A DNA stretch of 64,000 bases, taken from the NCBI GenBank assembly GCA_964016885.1, contig OZ024741.1:44454001-44518000 (forward strand), written 5' to 3'. Below are positions 60,130 to 64,000 of the stretch, piece by piece; positions within the stretch are counted from its first letter, which is position 1, and the number at the start of each line of letters is the position of its first letter. This DNA is from Eledone cirrhosa (taxonomy: Eukaryota). The notes beneath the pieces are model-generated. The model saw nothing but the letters and a program-made list of their open reading frames with translations, was not told the origin of the DNA and did no database searches. The translations under genes were made by a program, and so were the position numbers.

Positions 60130-60312
60130 ATAATTGTTTCTACTTTTGGCACAAGGCCAACAATTATGCCAGTGTATTACTGGTACTTTATTTTATCGAC
60201 CCTGTAAGGATGAAAGGCAAAGTTAACCTCGACGGGATTTGAACTCAGACCATAAAGCGCCGTAACTCTTTGCTGCAAAGCATGGCGTCGGACCCTCTAC
60301 CGATACTGCCAG
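60130..60312 (-). mobile_element. SINE copy
   Basis: GGCACAAGGCC..ACTGGTACTTTATTTTATCGACCCTGTAAGGATGAAAGGCAAAGTTAACCTCGACGGGATTTGAACTCAG. Confidence 0.85.
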
Positions 60313-60508
60313 ACCATTTAAGATAATGATACTCAGACACAAATTGCAGATTGATCACATCCACCATTATCGACAGTAAAGAATATCTTACGTTAACAGA
60401 GCACAAACACACAAAAGTTCCCGAGAACATTACTGATAATGTGTTGTAATACATCACAAGCTGGCGTTTGATAAACATTTGATCAATGTTACTCTAGCCA
60501 GCGCACAA

Positions 60509-60651
60509 CATAGGTGGCTGAGCTGAAAATTCATAGGCTGACTATAAAGGAGTGATGCATTGTTTCTTTCCAGAGATTATGTTGGAGAATGAATCTCATT
60601 TGGTCATTCCACGAGAGTATCTTGGTGGGCCTATGAAGTTTTCAGCCTATG
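60509..60651. mobile_element. Mariner-type MITE relic
   Basis: Inverted termini GCTGAAAATTCATAGGC and GCCTATGAAGTTTTCAGC; one arm is homologous to 12838-12890. Confidence 0.5.
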
Positions 60652-61189
60652 ATCTTTTCAGTGGAATCTAGTACTTTGAAATTTACGTGAAAACTAAAAA
60701 GGAAAGATTTCCAATCAAAGAGAATAAATAATAATATATTTTAATTCCAGTGACAAATAATAACGAATATTACTAGTGCGTGTGTGGGTTCAAATTATTA
60801 GTAATTCCCACCCTCATTAAGATATTGGCAGCTTACATACAGAAGTGAAATTCTCTACTCTTAATTATATTAAAAGGTTATAACAGAAAAAACTTTTACG
60901 TCATAATAAATACACATTAGAATTATGATTAATTAAATCATGGCCCAAGATATCTCTTTACAATTCAAATATTCAGCAATTTGATCAACAAATAATGCAT
61001 CATGTAATTATATGTCATTAGTTTAGATCAGAGTTCTTTGATATTTTTTCCTGTGATTTTATACAAATAGTATTACTAGGACTGTAGCATAAGTTCTGGT
61101 ATTATACACATCTAAATGCTTCATTGGTATTTGTTAGATGAGGGTGTTTTATATGACGTTATGCACACAGAAATACACAAACACACAAA

Positions 61190-61225
<36 letters not shown>

Positions 61226-61232
<7 letters not shown>

Positions 61233-61437
61233 GTGAGGTTCTTTTTTACAAAATGAAAAATAACCGAGGTGTCCTACACGAGTGAAAGTATAAAGAAAAA
61301 GAGATGAAATCGAAAATGCAACTGGAGTCTTATTTTTTTTTAAAATATATATATATTTATTTGGTTCCTTTACCAGTTTCGCAGCTCTTCTGCTTTTCAA
61401 AAGGTGAGTTGAGATGGAGGGTCTGTGGTTTTTCTCA

Positions 61438-61441
<4 letters not shown>
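61226..61441 (-). mobile_element. Solo pLTR in (TA)n with a U3:A8 HHR at 61367-61404
   Basis: Matches 50591-50803; HHR CCTT-TTGAAAA-GCAG aagag CTGC-GAAAC TG GTA-AAGG. Confidence 0.8.
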
Positions 61442-61476
<35 letters not shown>

Positions 61477-61779
61477 TTTGTGTTTGTATATATATGTACA
61501 CACACACACACTTAGAGATATAATATATGTAAATATGGGGGTGTATGTACTTGTGTGTACATATGGTTTGTACTTCAAAGATTCGTCTATATTATTTTGA
61601 GAATCTAATACTCTACAAAACTCGAAATCAAATAGTCACTATTATAATATATATTATTTGAATATACATGTATTCAGTGCATCTAAGTAAAATTACCTAG
61701 ACAAGGGAAAACACATACAAACACATATACACAGATATACGCGCGCACATGTACCATATATATATATACATACACACAC

Positions 61780-61780
<1 letters not shown>

Positions 61781-61838
<58 letters not shown>
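61781..61838. repeat. (TCTA)n microsatellite at the 5' junction of the Tx1-like LINE
   Basis: Seen directly. Confidence 0.95.
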
Positions 61839-61839
61839 A

Positions 61840-64000
61840 ATCTAAATAGATTCTTAGTAAAAGTAAGGATAGGGACATATTAAGCTGTCCAGAAATGCTC
61901 ACGGTTGGCTATACAGATCACAAATTAGTGACCTGCGTAGTCAACCTCGAGAGAACACATAGACAGGGTCCCGGTTACTGGAAACTTAATTTGTCTTTAC
62001 CGGCAAAAGAGGCTTACAGAGACCGGATTAGCAGATTAGTTAAGGAGAGGTTGACGGGTGCAATCGTCAACAACCGATGGTGGGTATCTCTCAAAAGAGA
62101 GATTAGAACAGAATCAATAAGTTATAGCAAGATGTTAGCTGCCGATAGGAATAGGAACGAGAAAGAATTAACAGGTAAATTAGAAGAGGCAATCAAGAGC
62201 GAAGATGTGGCCAGAGTGCTGGCAATAAGGACGGCCTTGAGCCAGTTTTTCGATGCAAAGCACGAAGGCTGCGTCATTCGAAGTAAAATACGTGCTCTAT
62301 GTAATGAGGGGGCCAAAGCCATTGGCTGGGCCCGCGTGACAGAAGCTAAGAGTGGAAATCGATCCACCATCCGGTCGTTGCAAGACGAGGATGGACGGGT
62401 GATCCGGGAGCCTAAGCAGATGTGCGAGGCCTTTCAAAGGCACTTTGCCCGATTATTCGGGGGAGGCGGGGGTCCGGGCGGGGACGTGGATTTCGGTCCA
62501 TACCTCGACTGCCTGCCGCGTCTCTCGAGCGAAGAGGCAGAGTCCTGCGAGGGACCAATCTCGGCTGATGAGATCGGAGATGCGCTGAGCCAATGCAGCA
62601 GACGCAAATCTCCAGGTCTCGATGGTATACCTTACGAACATTATTTAGCAATGCCGGTCTTCTTCTCCGAACTCCTCGAAGCGGTCTACTGCAATTGGCA
62701 GCAGAAGGGGAGAATTCCTTGTTCTGTAGCCAAGGGCGTAGTCTCGCTGGTGAGGAAGGACGAGAACAAGGGGGATAGTATACATAATTTTCGGCCCATA
62801 ACCCTGCTAAACACAGAATTAAAGATTTTGGCCAAGGTGTTAGCAAAGAGGTTGGCGCTTGTCGTGGGTAGCCTGGTGGGAGATGCGCAGACATGTGCTA
62901 TCTCATCCAGGTCCATTCACGATAACCTCCACCTCATGCGATACATCATAGAGAGGGTTGGCAACAAACCCGGCTTCGGTGGGGCCCTGATCAACTTGGA
63001 TCAGTCTAAGGCCTTCGATAGGGTCGACCATGGTTACCTGGATGCGGTGCTAGCGGCGGCTGGGTTTGGTCCTGTTTTCAGAGGCTGGATCACTGCCTTA
63101 CATAGCAACCACATCTGTTCTAGGATCAAGGTGAACGGCTACCTTTCGAAGCCGTTCGAAATCACACGATCCATTCGACAGGGGTACCCTCTCTCCTCCC
63201 TTCTGTACGTATTGACACTTCGAGCCTTTACTGAGGAAGTTGGAGTTGTTGCAGGGTATCCCCCTGGAACCAGGATTGAGCAAAGCGGTGTCGGCCTACG
63301 CCGATGACGTAACAGTAATGGCATCGACCGACTCGGAGATCGAGGCGATCGGTACCTTACTGGAGGAATACGAAAGGTTGTCAGGAGAGAAACTGAACCG
63401 GGAAAAACCCATCGGCCTGCAACTCGGAACGTGGAGAGGCAGACCGATGCCTCCCGACGGTGTCGTCGGACACTGGACGGAGGGCCGGGTGAAGTTGCTA
63501 GGGGTCTGGTTTGGACCGGACCTCCAGGTGGTAAAGAACTGGGGCGAGATTACGAACAAGGTGTTTGCACTGACCCAGAAATAGGCCAAGTGTAAGCTGT
63601 CCCTAAAAGGTCGGGCGGAGGTGGCGAACATTTACATAGCCTCCGTCACCTACTAGCGCCTGACTGTCGTGCCTTGCCCTAAGGAAACACTCACCACCAT
63701 GGAACGCATGCTCTTTCAATTTCTTTGGAAGAAACGCCCTCCTATGGTGAGAAGAACCATCTGCTGCCAACAACCTTCGAAAGGAGGGCTGGGGATGTCG
63801 TGGTTGATGATGCGTAGTCACGCATTAAGGCTACGTCACCTACAGGTATTCCTCACTGGTCAACCGGTGTGGGCTCGGTTCGTGAGACGAGCCTTTCCGA
63901 GACTCGTCTCGCTCACCGAGCTGCAGTCCTGGGTCAAGCAAAGATCCTGAAAACTGGGCGACTGGCACACTGAGTGTGCCCAGGCGCTCAGGGCTCTCTG
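61840..64000 (+). mobile_element. 5'-truncated L1/Tx1-clade LINE ORF2 (end of the APE domain plus RT), disrupted, running off the window end
   Basis: L.RFLV..YTDHKLV (APE end), GPGYWKLN, KSPGLDG, NFRPITLLNTELKILAK, LDQSKAFDRVDH, RQGYPLS, YADDV, KLLGVWF, GGLG; frameshift near 63220-63240 and stops at 63582 and 63654. Confidence 0.9.

Overview
AT-rich, repeat-saturated animal genomic DNA. It is probably cephalopod (octopus-like), inferred from the recurring tRNA-type SINE and the large (TA)n/(TATG)n arrays. I can support no host gene, and the many YIYIY/VCVC ORFs are microsatellite read-through. The window holds decayed retroelements: an R4/Dong-type RLE LINE in (TATG)n, L1/Tx1-type ORF1 and ORF2 remnants, RTE fragments, SINEs, Tc1/mariner relics, and at least four coding Penelope-like elements (PLEs; RT plus GIY-YIG) inserted in (TA)n. 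The main signal is a dense (TA)n-targeted hammerhead-ribozyme (HHR) system: about 18 type I HHR motifs that I folded by eye. They lie in PLE pseudo-LTRs and in several non-coding, terminally redundant or circularly permuted units of about 420, 489, 533, 591, 675 and 1001 nt that look like retrozymes (circular-RNA retroelements). Many of these HHRs share unusual features: a palindromic helix/loop III, an enlarged branched helix II, a mismatch at the base of helix II, and in two families a U3:A8 core covariation. Coordinates and folds were read manually, and activity is untested.
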